61,400 nt of DNA from a virus (lineage: Duplodnaviria; Caudoviricetes): the IMG/VR virus record IMGVR_UViG_3300043414_000472, positions 1 to 61,400 of that record; one strand, given 5' to 3'. A model generated the notes under the pieces. It made no database searches. It had not been told where the DNA came from and worked only from the letters and a program-made list of their open reading frames with translations. The position numbers and the translations under genes are program-made. Shown piece by piece: positions 39,227 to 49,039 of the stretch (within the stretch, counting starts at the first letter, position 1; each line of letters opens with the position of its first letter).

Positions 39227-39490
39227 TTAGAGTGCTTTGTAGAAGACTGCTGTACCAGTAATCGCACCAGTTCCGCCAGTAATAGGCGTAAAAAGAACAA
39301 AGCCAGCACCGTATGTAATGCCCGTTTGTGTTCCCGTAAGCAATGGAGCATTAAGCGCAGTAGTGATTGTGGTATCAGCTACACATTGCATGGCGCAGTA
39401 ATCACCATCAGGGATTGTTTGCGTGGTTCCAGAGACGATTGTGGCTCCTCCTTCACCGAAGGATTGTTTGTCGATAGGGGTCATTGGCAT
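39227..39490 (-). CDS. Small virion protein
   Basis: Gly/Thr-rich beta protein. Confidence 0.55.
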   Translation of the reverse strand: MPMTPIDKQSFGEGGATIVSGTTQTIPDGDYCAMQCVADTTITTALNAPLLTGTQTGITYGAGFVLFTPITGGTGAITGTAVFYKAL

Positions 39491-39508
39491 AAGATTATAG
39501 AGTTGGGA

Positions 39509-39730
39509 TTAAAGTTTGATGCGAAGTTCGCCAGTAGCTGTTTTATAGATTGTTCCTGATGGTAGATTAGCAGCTACAGCAGCAGCCTCATTAGCATAAA
39601 TTGACAAAGAAGTTGTAGTCTGCGAAGTGATTGTGTTCGGTCCTGATGGGCCTGCAGGACCATTCAAGGATAGTGTTAGCGACTGTGAGTCTACAGCACG
39701 AATGAAATTATTATTCTTTGTACTAGCCAT
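39509..39730 (-). CDS. Small virion protein with short collagen-like motif
   Basis: GPAGPSGP; YANEAAA.AA.L..G.IY. Confidence 0.55.
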   Translation of the reverse strand: MASTKNNNFIRAVDSQSLTLSLNGPAGPSGPNTITSQTTTSLSIYANEAAAVAANLPSGTIYKTATGELRIKL

Positions 39731-39731
39731 A

Positions 39732-40070
39732 TTAAGTTAAATTAGTGATATTTGCATAGGCATCGGCGTTACCAAAGAGTAATTTATGCGACAGATTATT
39801 GGTGTCGAACCAGAACAAGTCCCACAAATAACGCTTGTTTGTATCTAAGGTTAGCGTCTGTGCTTTAGTTAAAGATAGCTTTATTGTTCCATCACCTAAG
39901 GAAGTAATGGTGAATGCAGCAGCTAAAGGCTTACGATCAGCTTCACGAATCTCGGCTTTGCCATATGGTGCGGTCAGACCAACAGGTTGATCCAATGAAT
40001 CAAGAATCCGAATAGCAAAGTTGTAGTCTTCACCTTTTGGGATTATAATATCGTAAACGGCGGCAGGCAT
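39732..40070 (-). CDS. Fibre-attachment / BppU-like small virion protein
   Basis: Paralog of 36939-37298; start at ATG 40070 after TTGACA-17-TACCTT (40081-40109). Confidence 0.6.
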   Translation of the reverse strand: MPAAVYDIIIPKGEDYNFAIRILDSLDQPVGLTAPYGKAEIREADRKPLAAAFTITSLGDGTIKLSLTKAQTLTLDTNKRYLWDLFWFDTNNLSHKLLFGNADAYANITNLT

Positions 40071-40110
40071 TACGTCAGATAAGGTACGGCAAACCAGACG
40101 AAATGTCAAG

Positions 40111-40698
40111 CTATTGTGTAGCTTTTAACGCATTACCTACCAACCAGTTTAGGATTCCATCGGCGTATGCCTTAGCCAGTTCTTCCCTATGGCTAAAAAA
40201 GAAGGCGTTCTCTTTGGCATTGCTACCGAAGAAAGGCTCACAGATAACGGCAGGGCATAGGGTCTTGCTCAAGAAAAGACCGCCCCTATCCGCTGCATTG
40301 ATCTGTTTCAAGCCGCGATTCTTCTGTTGTGGGAAGGCTTTGGTAAAGCTTTGTTCCAGATCTTTTGCAAGTGTTAAGCCTTTAGGGCTAGTGAACCAAT
40401 GCAAGAACTCATAGCCGTTGGCTTTACTGTCGTCAGAGCAATTGAAATGTAGCTCAACAGCTACGTTTGCGCCGATCTCTTTTAAGTGGTTAGCTAGCCA
40501 AGTCATAGCAGCAGTATAACCACTGCCATTATATAGGCTTACCACTACCGCATCGTGACCTGCATCTTTAATTAGTTCACAAACACGTTTAGCAAGAGGC
40601 TGGTTAAACGACCACTCCGTTACGTTGTCCACGTTTACGGCACCTTTGTCGCCTGCACGGCTATGCCCCACACATACTGCTACGAGTTTTTTATTCAT
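40111..40698 (-). CDS. Endolysin, N-acetylmuramoyl-L-alanine amidase (Amidase_3)
   Basis: VGH...E..FN, VELHFN, AVICEPFF..N zinc/catalytic motifs. Confidence 0.9.
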   Translation of the reverse strand: MNKKLVAVCVGHSRAGDKGAVNVDNVTEWSFNQPLAKRVCELIKDAGHDAVVVSLYNGSGYTAAMTWLANHLKEIGANVAVELHFNCSDDSKANGYEFLHWFTSPKGLTLAKDLEQSFTKAFPQQKNRGLKQINAADRGGLFLSKTLCPAVICEPFFGSNAKENAFFFSHREELAKAYADGILNWLVGNALKATQ

Positions 40699-40837
40699 TT
40701 ACGCTGATTTAACAAGCTTATCTCCAATAGAAAAGAGCCGATCCCGTTCAGCTTAGAACGGAACCAGCTTTGTTTTGCGCTGCCTAAGCAGCCGTTAGGC
40801 ATACGCATTGCACGCAGCAGTAAAAGCTGCGAGTGCA

Positions 40838-40990
40838 TTACTTCGCGTCAGCAGCTTTGATCAGTCCAACGCCAGCAGTAACGCTAGTAATAAGTGTGCC
40901 GATATCAAATGTGCCTGTCTTCAGGAATGAGATAGCGGTGAAACTGACGCTCGATACAATAGTGAGGATTCCAATGATAGTAGTCTTCAT
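40838..40990 (-). CDS. Holin-like membrane protein, 50 aa (MKTTIIGILTIVSSVSFTAISFLKTGTFDIGTLITSVTAGVGLIKAADAK)
   Basis: Two hydrophobic segments; upstream of the endolysin; promoter TTGACT-17-TACTCT-6-ATG (40997-41025). Confidence 0.65.
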   Translation of the reverse strand: MKTTIIGILTIVSSVSFTAISFLKTGTFDIGTLITSVTAGVGLIKAADAK

Positions 40991-41032
40991 CTGGAAAGAG
41001 TACTATTTATTGACCCACTAGTCAAGCAAAAA

Positions 41033-41377
41033 TCACTTCCGCTTCATACTGCGCTCAATGGCGATCATAAAGGAATTGCCTTTATTTTGACCTTCGTCAA
41101 CGCCGCGCATTCCTTCCATCTCACCTTTGCCGCCCATCTTGCCACCACACTCACTGCAGCACTCGCCATTTTCAGACTCAGAGGCTTCATGCTCTGGTCC
41201 TTCTTCCATCTCGTGTCCAGAATCTTCGCCTTCGTCCTTCGGCATCATTACAGGCAAGCCATCCAGTTGCAAAGGCATGAGCTTATCACCCATAGCGATG
41301 AACATACCAGTGAGCTTAAACGGTTTTACGTTGCCGTCTTGTGGTACTTGGAGACCTTCAGGAATTGGGATGTGCAT
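41033..41377 (-). CDS. Hypothetical protein, paralog of 41548-41802
   Basis: Shared PIPEGLQVP...L.PL...G.P...NSF..A.E..MK. Confidence 0.65.
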   Translation of the reverse strand: MHIPIPEGLQVPQDGNVKPFKLTGMFIAMGDKLMPLQLDGLPVMMPKDEGEDSGHEMEEGPEHEASESENGECCSECGGKMGGKGEMEGMRGVDEGQNKGNSFMIAIERSMKRK

Positions 41378-41381
41378 AGAG

Positions 41382-41546
41382 TTATAGTTTACGGATTACA
41401 TTGTAGAGGGAGAGCAAACCTATGACCAACCCCAAGACCAAAGAAGCTGTTCTAAGATGCGCGTCAAGCTGCTCTTGGAATGAGACTACTACCCCTAAAG
41501 CAGGGGCAGCAGATCCTGTTATAGAGTTGAAGCAACGCTCAAACAT
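41382..41546 (-). CDS. Second holin-like protein, 54 aa (MFERCFNSITGSAAPALGVVVSFQEQLDAHLRTASLVLGLVIGLLSLYNVIRKL)
   Basis: Two hydrophobic segments, basic C-terminus; fills the intergenic gap. Confidence 0.55.
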   Translation of the reverse strand: MFERCFNSITGSAAPALGVVVSFQEQLDAHLRTASLVLGLVIGLLSLYNVIRKL

Positions 41547-41547
41547 C

Positions 41548-41802
41548 TTACTTCATTGGCTTTTTCATTGCCATCTCAACGGCAGATGCAAATGAGTTTG
41601 GTCCTTCAGGCATCTCTTTGCCAGTTGCCATTTCTTTCTCTGCTACGGCTTTCTCTTCAGGTGCTTCAACATCTGGAAAGGGAATGCCATTAACAGCAAG
41701 GGGATAGAGTTGACCTTCGTCAATCGTATAAGTGGTTGTGAGATCAAAGGTCTCGCCCTTAGGCACTTGAAGACCTTCAGGAATAGGTAGGTAAGCAGGC
41801 AT
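41548..41802 (-). CDS. Hypothetical protein, paralog of 41033-41377
   Basis: Shared motifs. Confidence 0.65.
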   Translation of the reverse strand: MPAYLPIPEGLQVPKGETFDLTTTYTIDEGQLYPLAVNGIPFPDVEAPEEKAVAEKEMATGKEMPEGPNSFASAVEMAMKKPMK

Positions 41803-41822
41803 AATTTAGAAAGGGGTTCCTA

Positions 41823-41855
41823 CATCCTGTTTCAAGCTGTACAAGAAACAGGATG
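41823..41855 (-). terminator. Stem-loop after 41869-42312
   Basis: CATCCTGTTTC/GAAACAGGATG inverted repeat; weak U-tract. Confidence 0.4.
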
Positions 41856-41868
41856 CAGGATTAGGGGT

Positions 41869-42312
41869 TTAGTGAGTACGATACCAGCTAGTACCATCGC
41901 TCAAGAAGCGACCAGTAGTGGACGCTGGAATAGTAATAGACGCAGCAGCAGCACCACCAGAAGTAGCTGAGCTATAGATATTTGTCGTACCACCAGAAAC
42001 AGTAACAGTAACAGTAGAACCAGCATTGCCATTCATAATAATGATGTCACGCAATACTCCAGAAGCCACTGGAAGCAAAGCGGTAGTACCACTGCTATTG
42101 ATTACAAGGCGAGTAGCAATTGCTGTTGCATTTGAAAGAACAGCAGGTCCAGTAGCATCCGTAGTACTGAGGCCGTTGATCTGGTTCAAAGAAACCTTAC
42201 GTACTTTACATGAGCCATTGCCCGTCAAGTCGTAGATTGGAAGCAAGTCGTCACCAGTAGGTGCGGGGATTTGAGCAAGAGTTGGGAGATCATCAAGGCT
42301 TGGAGGACACAT
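41869..42312 (-). CDS. Probable capsid decoration / head fibre protein
   Basis: DDLLPIYD...RKVSL N-terminus and LP...IIIMN...SDGTSWY C-terminus; downstream of the MCP. Confidence 0.55.
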   Translation of the reverse strand: MCPPSLDDLPTLAQIPAPTGDDLLPIYDLTGNGSCKVRKVSLNQINGLSTTDATGPAVLSNATAIATRLVINSSGTTALLPVASGVLRDIIIMNGNAGSTVTVTVSGGTTNIYSSATSGGAAAASITIPASTTGRFLSDGTSWYRTH

Positions 42313-42338
42313 AAGTTTTAAGTTGTTGAGTTAGTTAA

Positions 42339-43040
42339 TCAAACGATGGCAGTATTGTCGGACTTACCTAAAGAATAGTCAAGGATAATTTTAGATCCTT
42401 TACTCATATTTTCTGAAGCCCAAAGCGGTTGAAGGTTTGAATAATGGCATAGCTCAATCAAACGTTCTTCTGTCTTAGCGGAAGCAAGTGGGATGATATG
42501 ATCAATATGCCACTGATCTCTATTCTCCCAACCCATGCCCTCGACAAATTTGGACTCAATATGTGCCTGTAGCGTAGGCCAATCACACCCCAACATCTCC
42601 GAAGCTTTTGATCTCTTTGTGTAGCCCATGTATCGAAAAATATCAGTTATTCTTACTCTGCACCTACAACTTAAAACATAAAGAGGGTCGTTAAGTCTTC
42701 TATTTTTGTGGTACGTGCGTGCGTATGCCCTCTTATGTTCTTTGTTCTTTTCTACCCATTGTTTATTCATTAGGGCTATTTTAGTTTTATTTATTTTCTG
42801 ATACACACGATTACTTGCAAGACGTTTTTCTTTGTGTTTACGATAATTATTTCTACTACTTTGCAGTGTTTTAACTTTATTTAGTCGCCTAAACTTCTTA
42901 GCATTGAGTGCCTTTCTTTTTTTATATGCTTCGTATTTATCTGGGGTAACCCAATACTCTCCATTTTTACAGTGTTTTCTTTTTTCTATAAATACTAAAC
43001 CAGTAAATAGATCTACATATCCTTGTTTTTTATTAAACAT
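42339..43040 (-). CDS. HNH homing endonuclease
   Basis: LGC....L..HIE..F..GM.WEN...WHIDHIIPL...CHYSNLQPLW...N..K; AT-rich, own promoter. Confidence 0.88.
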   Translation of the reverse strand: MFNKKQGYVDLFTGLVFIEKRKHCKNGEYWVTPDKYEAYKKRKALNAKKFRRLNKVKTLQSSRNNYRKHKEKRLASNRVYQKINKTKIALMNKQWVEKNKEHKRAYARTYHKNRRLNDPLYVLSCRCRVRITDIFRYMGYTKRSKASEMLGCDWPTLQAHIESKFVEGMGWENRDQWHIDHIIPLASAKTEERLIELCHYSNLQPLWASENMSKGSKIILDYSLGKSDNTAIV

Positions 43041-43074
43041 TTAAGAGTATTGCGTAACCAAATAAATTGTCAAA

Positions 43075-43110
43075 TAAAACTCCGTAAGCATTTACGCCTA
43101 CGGAGTTTTA
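43075..43110 (-). terminator. Rho-independent terminator after the major capsid gene
   Basis: TAAAACTCCGTA...TACGGAGTTTTA hairpin followed by T-rich run on the minus strand. Confidence 0.7.
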
Positions 43111-43128
43111 AGTTTTAATCAGTTAAGA

Positions 43129-44457
43129 TTATGCGGCTGGAGTCGTCGATGTTCTCTGGAAGATGATGGCAAAACCAAATTCAGTACGAATTGGTTTCGA
43201 CGCACTTGCAAGGACACCACGGAAGAAACCAATCGTTCCATCTGGATTGAGATCAGCGGAAGGGATATTCTTCCAGTTGAACTTACCACGATAGTTGACG
43301 GGATCGAAGGTCAGTCCGTTTGAACCTGTAATAGGCTCAGGGATCTGGCTTTCCATAACGTCCATATGGAGCACATAAGCAGCTTCAAATGCAGCGGTTT
43401 CGTACGAAGGGTTAGGAACAACTACACCTGAGGACACCGTGTATGGTTGCACACGCTCAAGAGCATCCGTAGACGAGTTGAACGAGTAGCGAGTAACCAT
43501 GTCGTCAATCATATGGTAGAAACCACGGAAGGACTTCTCGATGCCGAGAGGCGCAATAAGATCGCTAACCTTTGCATTGTTGTAACGAACGTCGTCACGG
43601 AAACCAGCTTCAGTTTGCAGCGCGTAGGAAGCTTCCGACGAGCAAACAAGGGCGAAGACAGGACGGGCGTTTTCACGACCGTAAGCATTCGTACCTGCGC
43701 CAGCACGGACCAAACGGAAGTAAACTGAATCAAGAATCTTGTTACTAAGGTTTGCATTGATGTCAGCGGTGCCATCATCAGGAGAAGCATCAACATCGCC
43801 AATTTTGGTAGTAGATGCAGCAGCCGAAGCAGCAGCAAAGGTATTTTTCGTTTCATCTGCGTTTGCAGTGATTGAAGTACCAGTAGACTTGCAAAGAACA
43901 TAGTTACCGCAAAGACGGTCATATTCGTCACGATAACGCTCTTCCCACGAATACTTCGTCGAATCAGTCATGGAGTCCATGATAGCGCGAAGTTGTTCCG
44001 TACGATAAGCGGCAAAGCGAAGATCTTCGACGTTGATTTTCGGAGACTCAATAACAGCACGCTTGAGGGAGTACTGTTTGAGTTGACGGTTAAACGCGAT
44101 ATACGATTTACCAGTTGTTGGGTTGATGTTCGTGTCTTGAGCACCAACAAGAATCTGGTTGACTGTGCTTCCAGTCACTTGGGTATCTTGTGCACTGCCA
44201 CCAACTTCAGTCCAACTATTTCCGAGAGTGCTTCCGTTAGCCGAAGTAACAGGAAGTGCACGGTCATAGATTAGCGTTCCGAGAGTGTAACCCATTCCAT
44301 CTGGAAATGCGGTTTGTTTGATAAGGTCCATCCACGGAGAGGTGTGGAGGGTACGACGATAGATATCTTGACCGATACGGTTAGCCTCTTGGGTGAGGAT
44401 CGTATCGATTGCAGTAGAAGTAGTTTGGTCGAACAGTTGTCCAGTGTTAATAGCCAT
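43129..44457 (-). CDS. Major capsid protein, 442 aa
   Basis: Size and position after portal and scaffold; long leader and strong terminator; F.DGMG, EDLRFA, GF.H..D motifs. Confidence 0.8.
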   Translation of the reverse strand: MAINTGQLFDQTTSTAIDTILTQEANRIGQDIYRRTLHTSPWMDLIKQTAFPDGMGYTLGTLIYDRALPVTSANGSTLGNSWTEVGGSAQDTQVTGSTVNQILVGAQDTNINPTTGKSYIAFNRQLKQYSLKRAVIESPKINVEDLRFAAYRTEQLRAIMDSMTDSTKYSWEERYRDEYDRLCGNYVLCKSTGTSITANADETKNTFAAASAAASTTKIGDVDASPDDGTADINANLSNKILDSVYFRLVRAGAGTNAYGRENARPVFALVCSSEASYALQTEAGFRDDVRYNNAKVSDLIAPLGIEKSFRGFYHMIDDMVTRYSFNSSTDALERVQPYTVSSGVVVPNPSYETAAFEAAYVLHMDVMESQIPEPITGSNGLTFDPVNYRGKFNWKNIPSADLNPDGTIGFFRGVLASASKPIRTEFGFAIIFQRTSTTPAA

Positions 44458-44720
44458 AAAAGTAGTTAGTTAAGAAGTTAAAAAGGTTGTTAAAAGTTAA
44501 AGAAGAATACACGGTTGTCGCAGAAGCAGGCGACAGGCGACAGGCGCATAGGCCTTAGCTTCAAATAACCCTTAGATCTACTCTACTACTAGAACCAAGT
44601 TTTCTCTTTCGAGACGGCATGGAGCGAGCCGATAGCTTCGTAAAATTTCAGGTCGAAAGAAGATTCGTATAAAATTGATTACTTGTCAACTCAAATTTTA
44701 TACGAAGCTATAACTTTTAT

Positions 44721-45833
44721 TTAGCCACCGAATGCAGCAGCAACAGCATCGACAAAGGATTTACTATCCATAGCAGGCATAGAGCTATTATTGAGTGATC
44801 CGCCTCCTGCTTTAGGGGAAGAACGGTCGTAGTCTGCAAGACGAGAGGTCAAGGAATCGATCTCTCTTTGAAGACCCATATACTGTGCCGCCATCTTTGG
44901 CAGTAGCTTCGCAGCGATAGCCTGATAGGTGCTATTAACGTGATCAAGAGAAGCGGGATCAATCTGAGCAGCTTCTTTAGCAATCTGATTGAGGTCAATC
45001 CCTTCGACCCCATCAAGGAATGCTACCTTACTACGTAGTTTATCGGCAACGGCATTGGCAGCTTCTTGCCTCTGCTGTACTTTATGGACTAAAGCCATTT
45101 GATGTTGCTCATGGTCTAGTGCCATAGCTTCCTCCAATGCAGCCTGTGCATTCTCCTGAAGTACATGACGTTGTTGAAGAATTGGCTGCACTTCCTCGAT
45201 AATCTTGTAAATGCGAAACTTGTCACGGTCACTTGCTGCAGCAAGTAATTCAGCAAGTTGTTCTTCTTGTGCGGCTTCATCGCTCATTGCAATGATCTCC
45301 AAAAGACCATTCCCATCAACTTGATATTTCTCAGCAATAGCATCAGCTTCAGACACAAGCTGCATAAGTGGCTGTTCAACAAGACTCTGATATGCTTGAC
45401 TCTGCTCCAGTTTGGATACGATCATTTGCTGCTCATACTGAGCAACACGATCTTGCAGTTGCTGGTACTCAGGATTATCGGCAAGGGCTTCAAGCTCTTG
45501 CAAACGAGTAGCTTTCTGCATCGTGTCCTGCTCAAGCTCTTCAGCACGAGTCTTATAGGTTTTTAACTCAGCTTTGAGTTCCTTAAACCGACGTGCCGCT
45601 TGTGGAGTCCAGTCCTTCGCATCATCAAAATCAAGATCCGAAAGAGGATCATTGGATTGTGGCGTTTCGATTGGAGTCTCAATTACTGCTTCGGATGCAG
45701 GAGTTGGGGTTTCAATCTGTGGATTATCCAATGAATCGAAGAACGAATCAAGGGACTCTACAAATCCGCCATTATCGGCAGATGCGGTTTCCCCTTGCGG
45801 GGCTTCGGTTAGTACGGCTTCTGGTGCGCTCAT
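44721..45833 (-). CDS. Capsid scaffolding protein
   Basis: Acidic N-terminus and long coiled coils immediately upstream of the MCP. Confidence 0.7.
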   Translation of the reverse strand: MSAPEAVLTEAPQGETASADNGGFVESLDSFFDSLDNPQIETPTPASEAVIETPIETPQSNDPLSDLDFDDAKDWTPQAARRFKELKAELKTYKTRAEELEQDTMQKATRLQELEALADNPEYQQLQDRVAQYEQQMIVSKLEQSQAYQSLVEQPLMQLVSEADAIAEKYQVDGNGLLEIIAMSDEAAQEEQLAELLAAASDRDKFRIYKIIEEVQPILQQRHVLQENAQAALEEAMALDHEQHQMALVHKVQQRQEAANAVADKLRSKVAFLDGVEGIDLNQIAKEAAQIDPASLDHVNSTYQAIAAKLLPKMAAQYMGLQREIDSLTSRLADYDRSSPKAGGGSLNNSSMPAMDSKSFVDAVAAAFGG

Positions 45834-45849
45834 ATTTTATGGTGAGAAA

Positions 45850-46140
45850 TTATTCAATGTGTGACCACTCTTCAGGTACAGTAGTACGTGATGCTGGAGA
45901 CTTAGTGAGCTTTTGAAGATCACGGTAGAAATCATTATATCCACCTAACCAACACATACGATTTTCATTAGCTGTACCGCTGACAATCGTGGAGTAGGTT
46001 GGCTGTGCTGCGTTAGTCAAAGTGGCACAAGCGAGCTGATAAATAGGATCACTAAGGATTTCCCTTAGTCTTTCGATGGCAGCGAGATCATTGAACCAGT
46101 GGTCCAACTGTTTAGGAACAGTAGCTTTGTGAGCAGGCAT
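45850..46140 (-). CDS. Hypothetical protein between portal and scaffold
   Basis: Promoter TTGACA-17-TTTTAT-6-ATG (46147-46175). Confidence 0.65.
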   Translation of the reverse strand: MPAHKATVPKQLDHWFNDLAAIERLREILSDPIYQLACATLTNAAQPTYSTIVSGTANENRMCWLGGYNDFYRDLQKLTKSPASRTTVPEEWSHIE

Positions 46141-46184
46141 GAGGGAATAAAACCACGAAGTTCGCAGTTTGTCAAATAATTTAT

Positions 46185-48449
46185 TTAGCTAGTTGCGTTG
46201 CCTGAAAACTTAAGCGCACGCTCTGCATCCTTCAAAGCAAGATCCTGATCAGACTTAGCTTGCTTGATTTGCATTTCAATTTGTGCCTTCTGTTGGGCGA
46301 TCTGCATCTTAAGCTGATGCTCTTGCATCTTCATCTCCATCGGAGACGGACCTGCTTGTGGTTGTTGCTGTCCTTCTTGTGGCGGCTGACCTTCAGCTTG
46401 TCCTGCTTCCATTGCCTTGCGCTGTTCGGCTTGCAACTTGCGGTTGAAGTTTGTGATGACTTCCTGTGCAATCTGCATCAGTTGATTGGACTCAGCCACT
46501 TGTGCCTTTGCCGTCGGATCAGCGGAGAGGTACTGCAAATGTTCTCCGCAATGCTGGAAGATTGCTTGAACCAACGGAAGAGCCTGCATTGGATCAACCT
46601 CGCCTGAATCAATGCCAGCAACAAGCTGTTGCAGCATAGGATTGTGGATGCGGAGGTGCATTCCGTGTAGCTCACTATCGAGAACGGCAACGGGTTGACC
46701 TGATTGCATTGCTTGATTTTCGAGCATAGCGATCTTCGCATCAACAGTAGTACGTGGTTCTGGATTTGCTGGCGCATAGCGATCAACAAGGTCACGACCA
46801 ACCCGTTCCGAAGTGATGTCACGGATCAAGTTGCGGCGACCTACTTCATCGTAGCTACCAGCAATTTGATTAAGCTCACGGAGAGCAAGCAAACGGTTGG
46901 CAGCAGAGCCAGCACCGATTGCTTTGACAGCGACAGTCTTGTTGTGATCAATTGACTTGATGATCTGCTCACTCACGCCTCGTTCAGCGCATCGGGCAAA
47001 GAATGCCTTAGTACGGTCATCGCGTCGAGGATTGCTCACAGCGCGTCGTACGACCTCTTTGAGTAGTCGTGCCCAGCTCGCATAGAACAAATTGATTGTG
47101 GAGCCTGTCAGGCGCGAAGAAACGGCAAGGTCGTGTTCGGTCTGAAGCTGGTTACGATACGGCGAGGATTGGTTGCCGTAAGTCGAAACTAAATCGACGT
47201 TGGCAGAAAGTTGGTTTTGCAGATCACTCAGTGCAGGAACCATGTTCTGCGATAGATTCGGTGCTGCTTTCTCGATGACCTTCACGTTCGGCGAAAGAAT
47301 CGAGTATGGCCCGTACATCGTGAACGACAAGTCCTCAAGCGCACGCTGCGTCTCAGGCTGAATCATCACTGCGCCAGACATCATCGCACTGTCGAGCATC
47401 TGGCAACGAATACGATTACTCGTCTGAACGTGATTGAAGATGCGATGTCCTAAGCCACGAACTGAATGATACGTGCCGTTGGTGCCAACGCCGTACGAGA
47501 ACAATACGTATGCTTGCTCAGGCTTTTCAAACATTCCTGTTTGCTTAAACATGAAGGACTTTGGAGTCTCTTCAGCAAACATAAGTAGTGAGACAGAGCC
47601 GTCGAACTCACGGACCCACATATGGACAACCTGTACAGTCGTATTTTCAAGACCTGTATAGAGATCGTTATTCTTCATCTCGCGTTGGGTCACTTCCCAA
47701 TCCGCGTAGGTATTGCTGCCATTGCGTCCTGAAGTACGTGCGTTCTTGACAATGACGCGTTTGACTTCCTCTACGTCCCAGCCGATCTTCGCTGCGGCCT
47801 CAGGATTCTTAATGAAGGCATAGAGTTCGTGCAAGAGATACTGACGACGGGCACAGGCTACTTCGATGTACTCTTCGGATGCAGGAGTCTGACGTGGGAT
47901 AAGGAAGTCGCCCAAACCGCAAACACGGAACTTCCAACTGTGTGGATCTTCAAAGTAAGCAACGCCGACTCCGTGTTTGGTAAACTCAGTGCAAAGGCGC
48001 AAGTAGCTGCTGTGGAACTCGGGCCATTCCCGCATCATCTGCGTCAGCTCTTCGGCAATGATGTCGTTCGCGTCTTGCTTCGTAGCATCTTCGCCCAACT
48101 GCGTCTTGACGTTCATCAGCTTATCAAGCGACGAGTAGAGGTCAACGTAAGCTGACATCGAGACATCGAGATAGCGTTGTGCTTCGCCGAAGTTTAGGTT
48201 CGTACGATTGCCTTGGCCTGTCGAGTACAGAACCCTTTGATCATACGGCGGCGCACCATCAAACATAGCGTCAGTACGCGCACGATTACTTGAAGACTTT
48301 TCATCGGCTTTGCGGAGTGTGTCGTAAATCGAACGCGCAGCTTTCACGTCACGCAAACGCGATTCAGGCGGCGTAAGCGTATCAGGATCTAGGTTCAACA
48401 AGTCAAACTCGTTGAGACCTGAAGGTGTCACTGGCGGATTGTTCGTCAC
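46185..48449 (-). CDS. Portal protein, ~754 aa
   Basis: Size, Gln-rich coiled-coil barrel at the C-terminus, position; start reassigned to GTG 48449 after TTGACT-17-TACTAT-7 (48457-48485). Confidence 0.8.
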   Translation of the reverse strand: MTNNPPVTPSGLNEFDLLNLDPDTLTPPESRLRDVKAARSIYDTLRKADEKSSSNRARTDAMFDGAPPYDQRVLYSTGQGNRTNLNFGEAQRYLDVSMSAYVDLYSSLDKLMNVKTQLGEDATKQDANDIIAEELTQMMREWPEFHSSYLRLCTEFTKHGVGVAYFEDPHSWKFRVCGLGDFLIPRQTPASEEYIEVACARRQYLLHELYAFIKNPEAAAKIGWDVEEVKRVIVKNARTSGRNGSNTYADWEVTQREMKNNDLYTGLENTTVQVVHMWVREFDGSVSLLMFAEETPKSFMFKQTGMFEKPEQAYVLFSYGVGTNGTYHSVRGLGHRIFNHVQTSNRIRCQMLDSAMMSGAVMIQPETQRALEDLSFTMYGPYSILSPNVKVIEKAAPNLSQNMVPALSDLQNQLSANVDLVSTYGNQSSPYRNQLQTEHDLAVSSRLTGSTINLFYASWARLLKEVVRRAVSNPRRDDRTKAFFARCAERGVSEQIIKSIDHNKTVAVKAIGAGSAANRLLALRELNQIAGSYDEVGRRNLIRDITSERVGRDLVDRYAPANPEPRTTVDAKIAMLENQAMQSGQPVAVLDSELHGMHLRIHNPMLQQLVAGIDSGEVDPMQALPLVQAIFQHCGEHLQYLSADPTAKAQVAESNQLMQIAQEVITNFNRKLQAEQRKAMEAGQAEGQPPQEGQQQPQAGPSPMEMKMQEHQLKMQIAQQKAQIEMQIKQAKSDQDLALKDAERALKFSGNATS

Positions 48450-48481
48450 AAATTGAATAGTATGGTTGGCTATTGTAAAAG

Positions 48482-49039
48482 TCAAGAAATTGTTTCAGCG
48501 TCTCCGAAGATGCTGATGACGAGTTTCTTAATCGGCAGACGCTTCCGCTTACCGTCGTCGTCCGTTAGCTGTACGCACCACTGATGTCCTCTCGGATGGA
48601 TGACAGGCGTGACGCGATGTCGCATACCTGCTGTGCGTCCTCTTGATGCGGGCTGGATGCGGAACACGGAGCCATCGGAGGCAATGGCATATTTCGAGTA
48701 GTTCGGAATTACGGTGAGGTCAAGTGGTGTAGTCATGTCGGAGTCGATCTTAGGGGCGTATGGCAGCTTGTCAATTTCTTTCTGAATTATTCTTCGGATG
48801 GGCTTGCGTCTGCGGCGTATCGGAAACAGGTCAGATACAAACCGCTCGTTCTTTGGTTTCTTATGTTTCAATCTAAGGTGGTTGGTCTCATGGTATCGCG
48901 TAATCTTGTTTAACCGCATTAGCTCAAAACGCTCACGTGATACCCAACGCTCGCCACCACGATAAGTCGCCCCATAGTTGAGAAAAACAAAACCGTCCTC
49001 TCTTGTATCTCCGTATCGCAAACGTCGTGTAGTCTCCAT
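48482..49039 (-). CDS. NUMOD4-like DNA-binding protein without HNH domain
   Basis: C-terminal IPNYSKYAIASDGSVF...VQL...GKRKRL.I..LV...F; N-terminal REDGFVF...GERWVS shared with the HNH; promoter TTGACG-17-TACCGT-7-ATG. Confidence 0.6.
   Translation of the reverse strand: METTRRLRYGDTREDGFVFLNYGATYRGGERWVSRERFELMRLNKITRYHETNHLRLKHKKPKNERFVSDLFPIRRRRKPIRRIIQKEIDKLPYAPKIDSDMTTPLDLTVIPNYSKYAIASDGSVFRIQPASRGRTAGMRHRVTPVIHPRGHQWCVQLTDDDGKRKRLPIKKLVISIFGDAETIS

Noticed and set aside
40695-40838. 47-aa ORF or interrupted frame (LAAFTAACNAYA*) between holin and amidase, as a spanin or pseudogene
   Set aside because: No lipobox with signal peptide or TM helix; evidence too weak to call
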